64,000 bases of DNA from an uncultured Nitrososphaerota archaeon. GTDB lineage: Archaea > Thermoproteota > Nitrososphaeria > Nitrososphaerales > CADDZS01. Below, in pieces: positions 19,735-30,185 of the stretch; the first letter of the stretch is position 1, and each line of letters begins with the position of its first letter. Under the pieces are notes generated by a model, which was not told the origin of the DNA, did no database searches, and saw only the letters and a program-made list of their open reading frames with translations. Made by a program: the position numbers and the translations under genes. The stretch covers positions 1,376,001-1,440,000 of the forward strand of contig CAWCYI010000004.1 of the NCBI GenBank assembly GCA_963799845.1, read 5' to 3'.

Positions 19735-21474
19735 ATGAAAAAAGATCCAGTCATCCAGGAAGTAATCAGGAACTATCTCCACAGAGTCGCGCTGGACATG
19801 GAGACGGCACTTGTGCGCTCGGCGTACAGCATCGCGATCTACGATTCCAAAGACTTTGCTTGCGGCGTGGTTGACCCCGAGTGCAATCTGCTGTCGCAAA
19901 GCCTAGCAGGAACGCCAGTGTTTGCAAACAACCTATCAAATGCTGTTGAAGCAACTTACGAGTTGCTGGGAGATGAGAAGTTAGAACAGGAGGACGTGAT
20001 CCTCTGCAACGATCCGTACCTCGGAGGAGGAAGTCACGGCAACGATGTTACCTGCATTTACCCGGTTTTCTTCGGGAGCGGCCTAGTTGCTTTCACGGCG
20101 GTCAAGGGACACGTTCTCGACATGGGAGGATCGCATCCTTCGGGTTATCAGACCAACACTACAGAGGTTTTCCAAGAACTATTCAGGATTCCACCAGTGA
20201 AACTGTACAAGAAAGGAGAGATCAACCGGGACGTTGAGCGTCTCCTGACCACTAACGTCCGCCTGCCTGTCGAGGTCATGGGCGATATTAGGGCAATGGT
20301 AGCCGCCCTCAGGGTGGGCGGGAAGAGAATAATTGAACTCATCTCAAAATACGGACTAGAGAACTATTCCGACTATGTGAAGAACATTCTCGATCAATCG
20401 GAGCTGCAAGCCCGTATGAAATTGAAAGAGTTGCCGGCCGGAACCTACGAAGGAGAATACTTTCTAGACGGTGATGGAGATGATGAACATCCGATAAGCC
20501 AAAAACTCAGGGTTCACATGAAGGTGAGCATCAAGAGCGACGAGTTCGTTATCGACCTGAGCGATTCGTCTGATCAGAGTAAGGGACCGATGAACAGTCC
20601 CCGCTCGAACACGATCTCTTACGCAAAATATGCGTTCAAGTCCCTGATCGATCCGCTATCTCTGATAAACGACGGTTTCTTTCGACCCCTGAAAGTTGTG
20701 ACTAGAAAGGGTAGCATCTTCGATCCGATCTCTCCTGCTCCGGTAAATCTCTGGCTTGAGACGCCGCACAGTGTCGTCGATTTGTTATTCAGAGTACTTT
20801 CGCCCGTTTTACCGGAAAGGACGATCGGAGGAACGTTCGGTTCAGATGTCATCGATTTCATCTACGGAGATAACAAAGCCACCAATCGCTTCTACGTTCT
20901 GGTTGACACACTTCAGGGTGGATGGGGAGGGACTCCAAGTTCGGATGGGATAACTGCTTACGCGGTGTGCGAGGGGAATGTCTCCTACCCGATGACGGAA
21001 ATGCTGGAAGCGAACTACCCTCTGCAAGTTATCCGATGGGAGTTAATCCAGGATTCAGGCGGTCCGGGCAAGTTCAGAGGAGGCCTGGGAGTGAGAAGAG
21101 ATTACAAGATGCATTATCCTTGCCGCATAACTTTCTGTTATGAGAGGCACCGCTATTCTCCGCCGTGGGGCGTGCTGGGTGGCAAAGATGGATCAACAAA
21201 TTATGTCATCATGCGTCCGAATACCGACAGTTCTGCGATACACTCCAAATTGACTCACTACCCAATTGAACAAGACGGCGTCATTTCGTTTCGGACTGGT
21301 GGCGGAGGAGGTTATGGCGATCCTCTCGAACGTGAACCGTCTGCGGTATTCAGGGACGTCTTACTGGGATATGTTTCGGAAGAAAAAGCAAGAACTGAGT
21401 ACGGCGTCGTTCTGACTGAAGATAAACGAAATGTCGATACTAAGACCGAGACACCTAGGGCAACGATGAAATAA
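19735..21474 (+). CDS. Hydantoinase B/oxoprolinase subunit
   Basis: RSAYS...DFAC, NDPYLGGGSH..D, H.LDMGG, DSGGPGKFRGG, TGGGGGYGDP. Confidence 0.93.
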   Translation: MKKDPVIQEVIRNYLHRVALDMETALVRSAYSIAIYDSKDFACGVVDPECNLLSQSLAGTPVFANNLSNAVEATYELLGDEKLEQEDVILCNDPYLGGGSHGNDVTCIYPVFFGSGLVAFTAVKGHVLDMGGSHPSGYQTNTTEVFQELFRIPPVKLYKKGEINRDVERLLTTNVRLPVEVMGDIRAMVAALRVGGKRIIELISKYGLENYSDYVKNILDQSELQARMKLKELPAGTYEGEYFLDGDGDDEHPISQKLRVHMKVSIKSDEFVIDLSDSSDQSKGPMNSPRSNTISYAKYAFKSLIDPLSLINDGFFRPLKVVTRKGSIFDPISPAPVNLWLETPHSVVDLLFRVLSPVLPERTIGGTFGSDVIDFIYGDNKATNRFYVLVDTLQGGWGGTPSSDGITAYAVCEGNVSYPMTEMLEANYPLQVIRWELIQDSGGPGKFRGGLGVRRDYKMHYPCRITFCYERHRYSPPWGVLGGKDGSTNYVIMRPNTDSSAIHSKLTHYPIEQDGVISFRTGGGGGYGDPLEREPSAVFRDVLLGYVSEEKARTEYGVVLTEDKRNVDTKTETPRATMK

Positions 21475-21516
21475 TTCGAACAAGACGATATACCGCTGTT
21501 TTTTTCAACGGAGAAA

Positions 21517-21633
21517 TCATTTTGTCAAATCACTGTAGCTTGAAATACTCACTCCAAATTTCTCCCGCAGCACGCCCCTATTTCTAAGAATTCTGGAGTC
21601 TTCGGAAACCAGCTCTTCCTTCACAATAATCAA
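21517..21633 (-). pseudogene. Internally deleted PIN/VapC toxin remnant (38 aa)
   Basis: TTG overlaps the antitoxin stop; MIIV joined directly to ELVSED...REKFGVSI, a PIN-like C-terminus. Confidence 0.5.
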
Positions 21634-21851
21634 GATCTGGATTCTAGCCTTGAGGAGAGCCTGCTCCGGTCTTTTTCGAAATCCTTGGTCGTCGTCTTTG
21701 CAACCTTTTTGGAGTATAGCAGTTTGAGCAGGTCATCGTCTTTGCCCGACTGTTTCGCTGATTCTTTCACCATAGAGTCGATAACCTTTGAGATTGCCCT
21801 CGCTGTTCCGTACCTCTTGATGCTCTCATTGATGAGCCTCTTGTATGACAC
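21630..21851 (-). pseudogene. Archaeal RHH/VapB-like antitoxin, N-terminal strand missing
   Basis: YKRLINESIKRYGTARAISKVID...FEKDRSRLS resembles archaeal antitoxins but lacks the RTT.I.L N-terminus. Confidence 0.55.
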
Positions 21852-21904
21852 CCGGAAATACTCATATTCAAAGAATTCGCTTCTTGAGCGTTTGAGAGCA
21901 TTCT

Positions 21905-22381
21905 ATGATCAGGTTCGAGCCTTTCGATCCAAATGAATTTAAGGCGTATGTTGAGCGCAATTTATGGCGCTATGCTGAAGAGAAAGTCAGGTCGGGCAAC
22001 TGGGAGAAGCAATCAGCCCTGATCCTGGCTGACCAGGAATTCAAAACGCTGCTACCCGATGGACTCAAAACAAAAGACCACTACATTTATTCAATCGTGG
22101 ATGAGCGCTCAAACGAAAAGGTCGGGATTATCTGGTTTGCTTCAAACGTACCTGACATCCAGAAAAACGATTTGTTCATTTATGACTTTGAGATATTTGA
22201 AAAATTCAGGAGAAAAGGTTACGCCACTAGCGCTTTGAGACTCCTAGATTCGAAGGCTCGAGAGTTAGGAAAGCAGACAGTATCTCTTCATGTATTCGGT
22301 AGTAACCATGCTGCAAGGAAACTCTACATGAAAAACGGCTTTGAAGAAACAAACGTGCTTATGAAAAAGACTCTAAACTAG
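21905..22381 (+). CDS. GNAT N-acetyltransferase
   Basis: IYDFEI.EKFRRKGYA; LHVFGSNHAARKLY.K.GF. Confidence 0.92.
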   Translation: MIRFEPFDPNEFKAYVERNLWRYAEEKVRSGNWEKQSALILADQEFKTLLPDGLKTKDHYIYSIVDERSNEKVGIIWFASNVPDIQKNDLFIYDFEIFEKFRRKGYATSALRLLDSKARELGKQTVSLHVFGSNHAARKLYMKNGFEETNVLMKKTLN

Positions 22382-22613
22382 CACTAGAATATCGGAACAC
22401 CACATTCACATTACCACTGGAATCGGAGATTTAGAAAGTTGACTGACTTGCACTGATGGAGCTGACGAAAGCAATGGTCGATTTATTCTTCGCGTACTTG
22501 ACTCGTCTTTGGTATTCAAGCAAACTGGAATGTTCTGAAGACTAGAATCTTATAGCATACCTTGGTGGGCAATATAACTGAATCAAATCTTACGCTCGCC
22601 GAGTTGATGTTGG

Positions 22614-24011
22614 TTGAAATTACAGACACTCTCTCAAATTCTGAGGGTAATCGAGAGAAATATTGAAGGTGACAGAGAGACGTGGCTGTACGTCGCTGCC
22701 GGTATCTTCTTTCTACTCGGGATCTGGGAGCACGCAAACGGCAACATCTACAGCGACATCGTTGCGGTGTATCAAAACAGATTCTGCTACACCGGCACTT
22801 GTGTTATCGGCGGTCTGCCCTACATCAACTATTTTGTCGAGTACCCCGCGATAACTGGATTTTTTATGTACGCGATGGGGATGATCGGACATATCCTCCC
22901 CTACCCTGGAAAGGACTTCATTGTAAGCTACTATCTTTACTCCTCGTTATTCCTGCTCGTCCCAACGTTCCTCCTGATTTCCAACCTGCTCAAGATCACT
23001 AAACTAATCGGAGTGGGACAGAAATACAAGCGCTCTCTGATTTACCTGATTGCAACTCCCAGCTTCGTCTTCATGCTTCTTCTCAACTGGTACATTATCG
23101 GTATTTTCTTCACCGTGTGGGGCCTTCGCAAGTTCCTCGAGGGAAATATGTTCGGAAACAATACCGTCAGGAACAGGGTTTGGAGCGGAGCGCTCCTTGG
23201 TCTCTCGGCGGCCGCAAATCTTGTCACCGCCGTTCCCGCGATCGGAATGCTCACCTTCGGGACAGTGAGCTGGAAAGAGCGGACCTGGTTTCTCTTCGGG
23301 ATGTTAGCAGCTCTACTTCTCGTCTACGTCCCGTTGATTGTTGCAAATTCGTTTCCTCATTCTTACGTAAATTCCCAACACGTGATGGTGCAGTTCGGTT
23401 TTCAATTTCCAAATCTGAATGTCATCAGCGATTACCTTCGTTACCAGCACGACTGGTACGCTGAAGGATCCTGGATGCTCGCTTTCTTCAGCAGTACCAA
23501 TCCTATTCGTTACTACATCTTTGAGGGTCTTTTCGCTGTGCTGTCTGTTGCTATTGTACTAAAGGGACTGAGGCTGCAAAAAAATCGTGTATTATCTCAA
23601 CTTGATCGCGCAAACCTCGTTGTAATGACAAGCGCCCTGTTCACATTTGCATTCCTATTCTCCTCTTACGTTTGCACTCCGCAGTTGAATCTTATTTTAC
23701 TTCCATTCTTTGTCTTGATCCCCTTGATGACCAGGAACTATCCGGAGTTTCTGGCATTTGAAATCGTAAATGCCCTTGTGATTGTGTGGGGCTTTTCCGC
23801 ACCGCTTGCTTTCTTGGGGATCAACATACCGACGCCTACCCAGTTTGGATCTATCTGGGCTTCGCCGATACAATTTCTCGCAGTCCTCAGGTCTTTTTGG
23901 ATAGGAAAGTTTTTGATCTACGATGGGCTCTCCAAATGGAAATCAATCAAAACTGCGAACAACGAATCAAGAGATCTTACAGATATTATTGTCCCAAAAA
24001 GGAAGGTCTAA
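22614..24011 (+). CDS. GT-C membrane glycosyltransferase (GT87/DUF2029-like)
   Basis: YSDI...LPY.NYFVEYP motif, many TM helices, TPQ motif. Confidence 0.75.
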   Translation: MKLQTLSQILRVIERNIEGDRETWLYVAAGIFFLLGIWEHANGNIYSDIVAVYQNRFCYTGTCVIGGLPYINYFVEYPAITGFFMYAMGMIGHILPYPGKDFIVSYYLYSSLFLLVPTFLLISNLLKITKLIGVGQKYKRSLIYLIATPSFVFMLLLNWYIIGIFFTVWGLRKFLEGNMFGNNTVRNRVWSGALLGLSAAANLVTAVPAIGMLTFGTVSWKERTWFLFGMLAALLLVYVPLIVANSFPHSYVNSQHVMVQFGFQFPNLNVISDYLRYQHDWYAEGSWMLAFFSSTNPIRYYIFEGLFAVLSVAIVLKGLRLQKNRVLSQLDRANLVVMTSALFTFAFLFSSYVCTPQLNLILLPFFVLIPLMTRNYPEFLAFEIVNALVIVWGFSAPLAFLGINIPTPTQFGSIWASPIQFLAVLRSFWIGKFLIYDGLSKWKSIKTANNESRDLTDIIVPKRKV

Positions 24012-24038
24012 TACTCCTCCCCATCATTCCTTTACGTC

Positions 24039-24539
24039 GTGAACATCATCGAGCTCTTAATGGTGGAGCATGCTTCGTTGAGGCTTCACTTTCAGTTTGC
24101 TAGAAGAAGTGCGAATTGGGATTCGATCTACGAAGTGGAAGAATTTGTACGAAGCTGCCACGCGAAGGTTGAGGATGAAGTTGTATTCCCAAAGTTGCAG
24201 GAATCTCTCAAAGATCCAGACAGAGAGAATCATCTCAAGATTCTTTCAAGACTAGAAGCAGACCATCGGCTGATTGATACCATTGGTGAACAGATCAGAC
24301 TCAGGACCTCGCAGGGCAGCGATGAGGAGACCCTGAGGAAGCGGATCCTTCTCTATGCCACCACGGTTGAATCACACAACGCGAGCGAGGAATCGCTCAT
24401 CTTTCCATATTGGAATGTGTCTGGCAGTGACCTAAACGAAGTCATACTACCTGCAATGAAAATCATCCGAGAGTACGGCCTGAACCGCTACTACCAGCTA
24501 ACGGGTATCTCTGAAAGGCTGCTGGAATCGGTGAACTGA
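24039..24539 (+). CDS. Hemerythrin-domain protein
   Basis: EH...HAKVEDEVVFP...DH...HNASEE.LIFP di-iron motifs. Confidence 0.85.
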   Translation: MNIIELLMVEHASLRLHFQFARRSANWDSIYEVEEFVRSCHAKVEDEVVFPKLQESLKDPDRENHLKILSRLEADHRLIDTIGEQIRLRTSQGSDEETLRKRILLYATTVESHNASEESLIFPYWNVSGSDLNEVILPAMKIIREYGLNRYYQLTGISERLLESVN

Positions 24540-24607
24540 ATCATTGCCATCGTGTACCTTCTGAAATCATCGTGTTTTCTCTAGTAACTAGGGATGTTTG
24601 TCATTGT

Positions 24608-25141
24608 TCAGATCATCCGGGTTATCATCGCGTCAAGATCTTTCCAACCGTAGGCAATTTCCTCGTAACTAGATCCGCCTATATCGATCTGTTGTGAGCG
24701 CAGATACTTTCCACCGAGTTTCTCGTAGAACCTACGATAAGGATTCTTGGCAAGCACCCACACAAGCATCGAGTGATGACCACGGTCTATCAATTTCTTT
24801 ACTAATGTAAGAACAAGTCTTTGTCCAATTCCCTGCCCACGGTAATCTTCGAGCAGGTAAATTGCGCCGAGCTCTCCGGTATATTCGGGATTCTTCGACC
24901 GCTCTTCTCCTCCCTTCACAAAGCCAACTATTTGCTTAGGAGATTCTGCCTCAGCTACAAACACTACCGATATTTCATTCTCAATCGCGCTCTTCCACGA
25001 GTTCTCCCTTTTGTCGTATGATAAACCAGCGAGGTAAGAATCAGGAACGATTCCCCGGTACGTGGTTCTCCAACTATCCACATGGACTCTCGCGATTGCG
25101 GCGGCATCTGGAAGAACTGCTTTCCTGGTGTAGATACTCAA
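24608..25141 (-). CDS. GNAT N-acetyltransferase
   Basis: IARVHVDSWRTTYRGIVP, ELGAIYL..YRGQGIG, WVLAKNP.RRFYEKLGG. Confidence 0.92.
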   Translation of the reverse strand: MSIYTRKAVLPDAAAIARVHVDSWRTTYRGIVPDSYLAGLSYDKRENSWKSAIENEISVVFVAEAESPKQIVGFVKGGEERSKNPEYTGELGAIYLLEDYRGQGIGQRLVLTLVKKLIDRGHHSMLVWVLAKNPYRRFYEKLGGKYLRSQQIDIGGSSYEEIAYGWKDLDAMITRMI

Positions 25142-25227
25142 GGGTCTACAATTCTTGGATATGAGTATGCATAATATCAATGCTTCCCAAAACGAGAATG
25201 AGATCCTGGAACTGGCTCACTCAAATC

Positions 25228-25235
25228 CTTAATTA
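25228..25235 (+). promoter_or_regulatory. TATA box of glyA (leaderless)
   Basis: CTTAATTA ends 24 nt before ATG 25260. Confidence 0.55.
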
Positions 25236-25259
25236 TCGAAGGGGAATCTCGCAGACTTC

Positions 25260-26583
25260 ATGTCAAGCAACAGTCCACGCTCTTCCTACGACAAAGTATT
25301 CGTCGCCCTCGAAAATCATCACAACTGGTTTGCAAATTCAATTCCGCTGATCGCCTCCGAAAATATTCCCAGCCCGGCAGTGCGCGAAGCGATAATTTCG
25401 GACTTTGGAAACAGGTATGCCGAGGGCTGGGCTGGAGAGCGCGTCTACGCCGGTTGCATTTACATCGATCAGGTAGAGTTGATTTGCCTGGATCTAGCAA
25501 AGAGGCTTTTCGGCGCCGAGTTTGCCGATGTGAGGCCGGTGTCGGGGGTAAATGCGAACCTCACGGTCTACTCCGCGTTCACCGACCCTGGCGATACGAT
25601 GATGGCGCTCGCGATCCCCAACGGCGGTCACATTTCGGCCGCACGAAAAGAGTTCAACGGGACCGCGGGACTGGTTCACGGTCTCAATGTCGAATACTTT
25701 GCGTTCGACCGGGATAACTGGAACATCGACGTTGACAAGACGAAGGAGAAGATCAAAAAACTGGCCGATGAAGGGAAGAAACCGAAGATGGTAATGTTCG
25801 GCGGCTCACTGTTTTTGTTTCCCCACCCGGTCGATGAACTCGCCGATTTTTGCAAGAGCGAGGGCATCATCGTCTGCTACGATTCAGCTCACGTCTCCGG
25901 GCTGATCGCGGGCAAGCAGTTCCAGGCGCCGTTGAAAGAAGGCGCGGACGCCATGACACTTTCAACGCACAAAACTCTCTTCGGCCCCCAGGGCGGCACA
26001 GTTCTTTCGTGGGACAGGTACGCCGACAAGATCAAGGCAGCTGCATTTCCTGGCACTTCGTCAAATCACCACCTGCACCACGTCGCGGGAAAAGCTGTCG
26101 CGTTCGCAGAATTTCTGGAGTTCGGCGAGGAGTACGCAAAGCAGGTGATCGCAAACGCGCAGGCGCTCGCAGTTGCTTTGAACGATGAAGGAGTGGACGT
26201 ACTCGCGAGCAATCTCGGGTTCACAAAGTCCCACCAGATAGCGGTGAACATTACAAAGTTCGGGCTGGGTGGCGATCTCGAAAGGGACCTTGAAAGGGCG
26301 AACATCATTCTGAACCGGCAGCTGATTCCCGGCGACGTGCAGGCCGGCCGCCACTATCAGAATCCGGGAGGTTTGAGAATAGGCACGAGCGAGCTGAACG
26401 AGACTGGGGATGAAGAAGGAAGAGATGAAAGTGATCGCCGCTCTAATGGGACGGATTATCGTGAAGAAGGAAGACCCCGCGAAAGTGAAAAAGGAAGTCG
26501 AAGAAATGCGAAAGTCTTACCAGAACGTGCACTATGCGTTCGAGCCCAACACTCCAGCGTACAAGTACATTCACGTGAGGTAG
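25260..26583 (+). CDS. glyA: Serine hydroxymethyltransferase, archaeal type (frameshift near 26397)
   Basis: LIASEN, RYAEG, YDSAH, STHKTLFGPQGG (PLP Lys), SNHHLH, GLRIGT; correct C-terminus (TRLGMK...YQNVHYAF) continues in the shifted frame to TAG 26583. Confidence 0.95.
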
Positions 26584-26672
26584 TGCATTAATTTTCTCTG
26601 CGACTTTTTCCTTGCAGAACTCGGCCGATTCAAGTTCACGGAATGAGACCGTTGAGTTTAGACTCCGCCTGA

Positions 26673-27236
26673 TTAGATAATTAACTCTAATTTCGAAGTG
26701 ACTGGCCGAAGACTCGCCGGAAGATTCAATGCCTCGTCACTATGGACGCAAAATTGAGGCGAAGGACCTAAAACCATCTGCCGTCGCCACAAGTCTGTCC
26801 TTCTTTCTCCAACGCTTCTAGCCACATCTTCATAGTACGACTGATAAGATGGCCCGATTGGTTTCTCAATCCATGTGACAAAGCGGGCTTCGCGCAAATT
26901 GAGATTCCCGTTTATCGACTTGAAAATACCCCCTGCGCCTTTCATGTAGTCCTTGGCGATTGAATCATGAACTGCCAGGGTCTCGCCTGCAACCGCGGCA
27001 TCGTTGAGGGGGCCGAGAGCTGAAAAATTCTCTACGACATACCAATCTTCATAGAAATTGTCACGCTGCGGGCCCCATGGCAGGGAACCAACGCGAAAAC
27101 TCAGCGCCTCAATAAATCCAATAGGCTTCTCCAAATTCAAGGAATGTAGAAACGCCGCCAATTTCGTCTCATACGACGCCTTCGGGATTTCCGGACGGGG
27201 CCAGTGCCAAAATACATAGGCGAGCTGATCGGGCAT
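26673..27236 (-). CDS. Conserved hypothetical protein
   Basis: 187-aa ORF with protein-like motifs (LAYVFWHWP, YEDWY, LWRRQMVLGP); function not recognised. Confidence 0.75.
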   Translation of the reverse strand: MPDQLAYVFWHWPRPEIPKASYETKLAAFLHSLNLEKPIGFIEALSFRVGSLPWGPQRDNFYEDWYVVENFSALGPLNDAAVAGETLAVHDSIAKDYMKGAGGIFKSINGNLNLREARFVTWIEKPIGPSYQSYYEDVARSVGERRTDLWRRQMVLGPSPQFCVHSDEALNLPASLRPVTSKLELII

Positions 27237-27330
27237 GATGACTGGGAAACAAGTGCTTAGTACTAAGACTTTGTGTTACTCGAGTGGATTACATCCTCGA
27301 TAGATATCCACTCTAAAGCGAGCTTAATCT

Positions 27331-27717
27331 CTAACGATCGAAAGTGGATATCTTGACTAATGGGGTGATCTTGACCGAAGTTCTCTCATCAATTGAACCC
27401 TTACCCTTTTCTGTGAGGATCTCGGCGGTGCCACGGATTATGATAAATCGAGGGGTCCACGGGTTGGTCGAGATCAAATCATCAACCACTAGACCTACTT
27501 TATTGTTTTGTTGGATGTTCTTGAATTTCAGGCTCTTTGTAATGTAGTACCCACCAAAATAAAAGAATCCGCGTTTGAACTCGAAGCCAATTGGCACAAC
27601 GTGAGGCTGACCACTCGGAGAGACCGTCGCCAGCCTCGCCAGCTTGCTCTCTTTCAGGAATTTTACTTCTTCTTTGCTGAATGAGATCTTCTTCCGTTTC
27701 ATGTCTTTTTTTGGCAA
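27331..27717 (-). CDS. Pyridoxamine 5'-phosphate oxidase-like (PPOX class, probably F420-dependent) protein
   Basis: LARLATV...QPHVVP.GF, KFKNI..N.KV.LVVDD, RG.AE. Confidence 0.88.
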   Translation of the reverse strand: MPKKDMKRKKISFSKEEVKFLKESKLARLATVSPSGQPHVVPIGFEFKRGFFYFGGYYITKSLKFKNIQQNNKVGLVVDDLISTNPWTPRFIIIRGTAEILTEKGKGSIDERTSVKITPLVKISTFDR

Positions 27718-27893
27718 ATTATTTCTGTGCGAAACGTGATAAAAAGTTAGAATTAATCTGTTTGCGTCCAGATACTAATTGTCCAAATTGTGCTGTAATT
27801 CTTAACTCTCTGTTTTGCATCTACGAAGGAGCAAGACATCGAGGTTGTCACATTGTAAATGTTTAAAGCTCTTGACGATAGGAATGTTGTCCC

Positions 27894-28280
27894 ATGATAG
27901 ATGGATATACGGATGTTGCCGTGGTGGTATCGGACGCTCAAAAGGCAAAAAAGTGGTATGTCGATAATCTCGGGTTCAAAGTCGTCCTTGACAGAGGGCA
28001 CGTGGTTTGCGTAAGCCCCAATGTAAAGGGTGACAGCCTTGTCCTGCACCTTTGTGGAGACGATTTTGCTCCACTGGAGCCCGGGAACACTGGAATAGGT
28101 TTCACCGCGGACGATTTTGATAAGACTTGTGAAGAATTCAGCGCAAAGGGAGTCAGGTTCTCGATCCCTCCGACCGACGAAGACGGCTTCAAATCAGCCA
28201 AGTTCCTCGACTTGGACGGGAACGAGTTCTGGTTATTTGAGAGCAGATTGGCGAAGGAAGTAATAGAAGAGAACACGTAG
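27894..28280 (+). CDS. VOC/glyoxalase family protein
   Basis: VAVVVSD..KAKKWY...LGF; F.DLDGNEFWL; TTTAAA box ~25 nt upstream. Confidence 0.9.
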   Translation: MIDGYTDVAVVVSDAQKAKKWYVDNLGFKVVLDRGHVVCVSPNVKGDSLVLHLCGDDFAPLEPGNTGIGFTADDFDKTCEEFSAKGVRFSIPPTDEDGFKSAKFLDLDGNEFWLFESRLAKEVIEENT

Positions 28281-28302
28281 TACTATAGGCACCCTTGGAA
28301 AA

Positions 28303-29638
28303 ATGACTTCTATCTTCAGAACGACCTCCGCCAAAGTCCAGGTCCTCGCCTCCTTCGTCGCGATCTCATTTGTTATTGGGCTCATCTTCCGAAACGTCCT
28401 CATTTTCGCCGGCGTCACGGTGCTGATTTACCTCGGGCTGATTTCACTCCAAAGCCAGCCGCCCAGAGAAATAAAAATCCAGAGATTAATTGAAAAAGCT
28501 CAGCTCTTCGAGGATGATGTTTCAAAGGTTCGTCTTCAAGCAACCAACAGCAGCAAAAGATCGATTGCACTCGTAACTGTGGAAGACTCTGTCCCGCAGG
28601 AGCTCAATAACGATAACCCTACAGCATTCAGCTTCTCCCTCAAACCGGGAGAAACACGAGATAATTTCTACTCAATTAAAGCAAGCACCTTCGGGGTCTT
28701 CTCTCTCGGCCCGATACGAATCAGATGCGAGGACTCTACCGGTTTGAATATCGCAAGATCGATCATCAAAGACTATTCTACGGTTGTGGTTCTCCCCAGG
28801 ACCACTGAACGCCTAACTCATTTCAAGATCAGACCGCGCAAAACAAAACCGTGGCCGGGCGAGATCGTCGCGAGGAAGGTTGGTCTGGGAATGGACAACT
28901 ACAGCATCCGCCAGTACATCCCCGGCGACACCTTCCGCCGCATCAACTGGCGGGCGTCCGCAAAGACCGAAGATAACCTTCTGCTGAACGAGCAGACGGC
29001 GGAGCTCGGCGCCGACACGATAATAGTGATCGACGCGCGCCCCGCGTCAAACCTCATCAGCTCCAGCGGGGATTCCCTCGTGAAGCACTCTCTGTGCGCA
29101 GCCATTTCAATCTCCGACAAACTGCTCCGAGATCGAAATCGCGTGGGCCTCGTGACCGTCGGACTCGAAAGCGATCGCATCCCGCCCGGCTATGGACGTC
29201 GCCAGTACCAACAGACTGGTACTGAGCCTGATTCGCGTCAAAGCTGGAGGGGTTTTCACTTTCGAAAACATTCCGAGTTATCTCAAGTACTTCTACCCGC
29301 ACCTCGCCCAGGTCGTGCTCATTTCGCCGCTCCTGGACAATGAAGCCTTCAACGCCTCAGGTGAGATCGCGAGGTCTGGCTACGAGCTCCTCATCCTTTC
29401 CCCGAACCCTGTTGACTTTAGTCCAGTGAAAACTCGCAACCGAGAGAACGAGCGAACCCTCAAGATCTCGAGAGATCTCGCCCTCCTTGCAAGGAACACA
29501 AATTTGGATCGCCTCAGTCGCGCCGGTGCTCTAATTCTCGACTGGCGGAAAGACGATCCGCTGGATTTTGCTCTCTCTAGAAATATTCGCGCGCAGGCAA
29601 GACACACTGAGCTGGCAATGAGGAGGCGTATCCCGTGA
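28303..29638 (+). CDS. DUF58 family protein (frameshift near 29207)
   Basis: G.D.YSIRQY.PGD.FRRINWRASAK, IVIDAR, DRNRVGL; C-terminus in ORF 29192..29638. Confidence 0.88.
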
Positions 29639-30178
29639 GCGCAAGATCTCTCGAAACCGGCGAGCTCCTGTCATTCCTCCTTGTGGCCACGACGATGCTA
29701 TCTTCAATGCTGTTCTTCCGTTCATTTTACTGGGTCTTCATTCTCTTTGCAATAATCGATGGACTTTCAACGCGCTACAGGAGCGAGTTCGTTCTCTCCT
29801 TAGATCGGATCGTCTTTGCCTTCATAATTCTGCTCCTCAGCGCCGAGTCACTGAGATTGGACGTTCCAGAGATGATTCTGGAAACAGACTGCGCTCATCG
29901 CTCTCCTGGACATCTCCTTCCTCCTCCGTCAGATCCGCCAGCACACCCAGCGCGATCTCTCAACAATTCTCTTTTCGAGACTCCGTTCGTACCTCTACAC
30001 GCTCGTCCCCGCCGTAATCTTGTCATCAGGATTGACGTACCTCGGTGCTTCATCTCTCTCCATTGCCATAAACTCCCAGTACGCGATTCTCGATCTCGGT
30101 CTCGCCTCGGTGGTCGTGTTCGCTATAATAGTGAGCGTAGCGCGCGAGCCAGAAACCTCAAATAAATTTCAAACATAG
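29635..30178 (+). CDS. Hypothetical membrane protein (frameshift near 29888)
   Basis: GTGA overlap with the DUF58 stop; hydrophobic helices continue in the shifted frame to TAG 30178. Confidence 0.65.
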
Positions 30179-30185
30179 CCGCACC

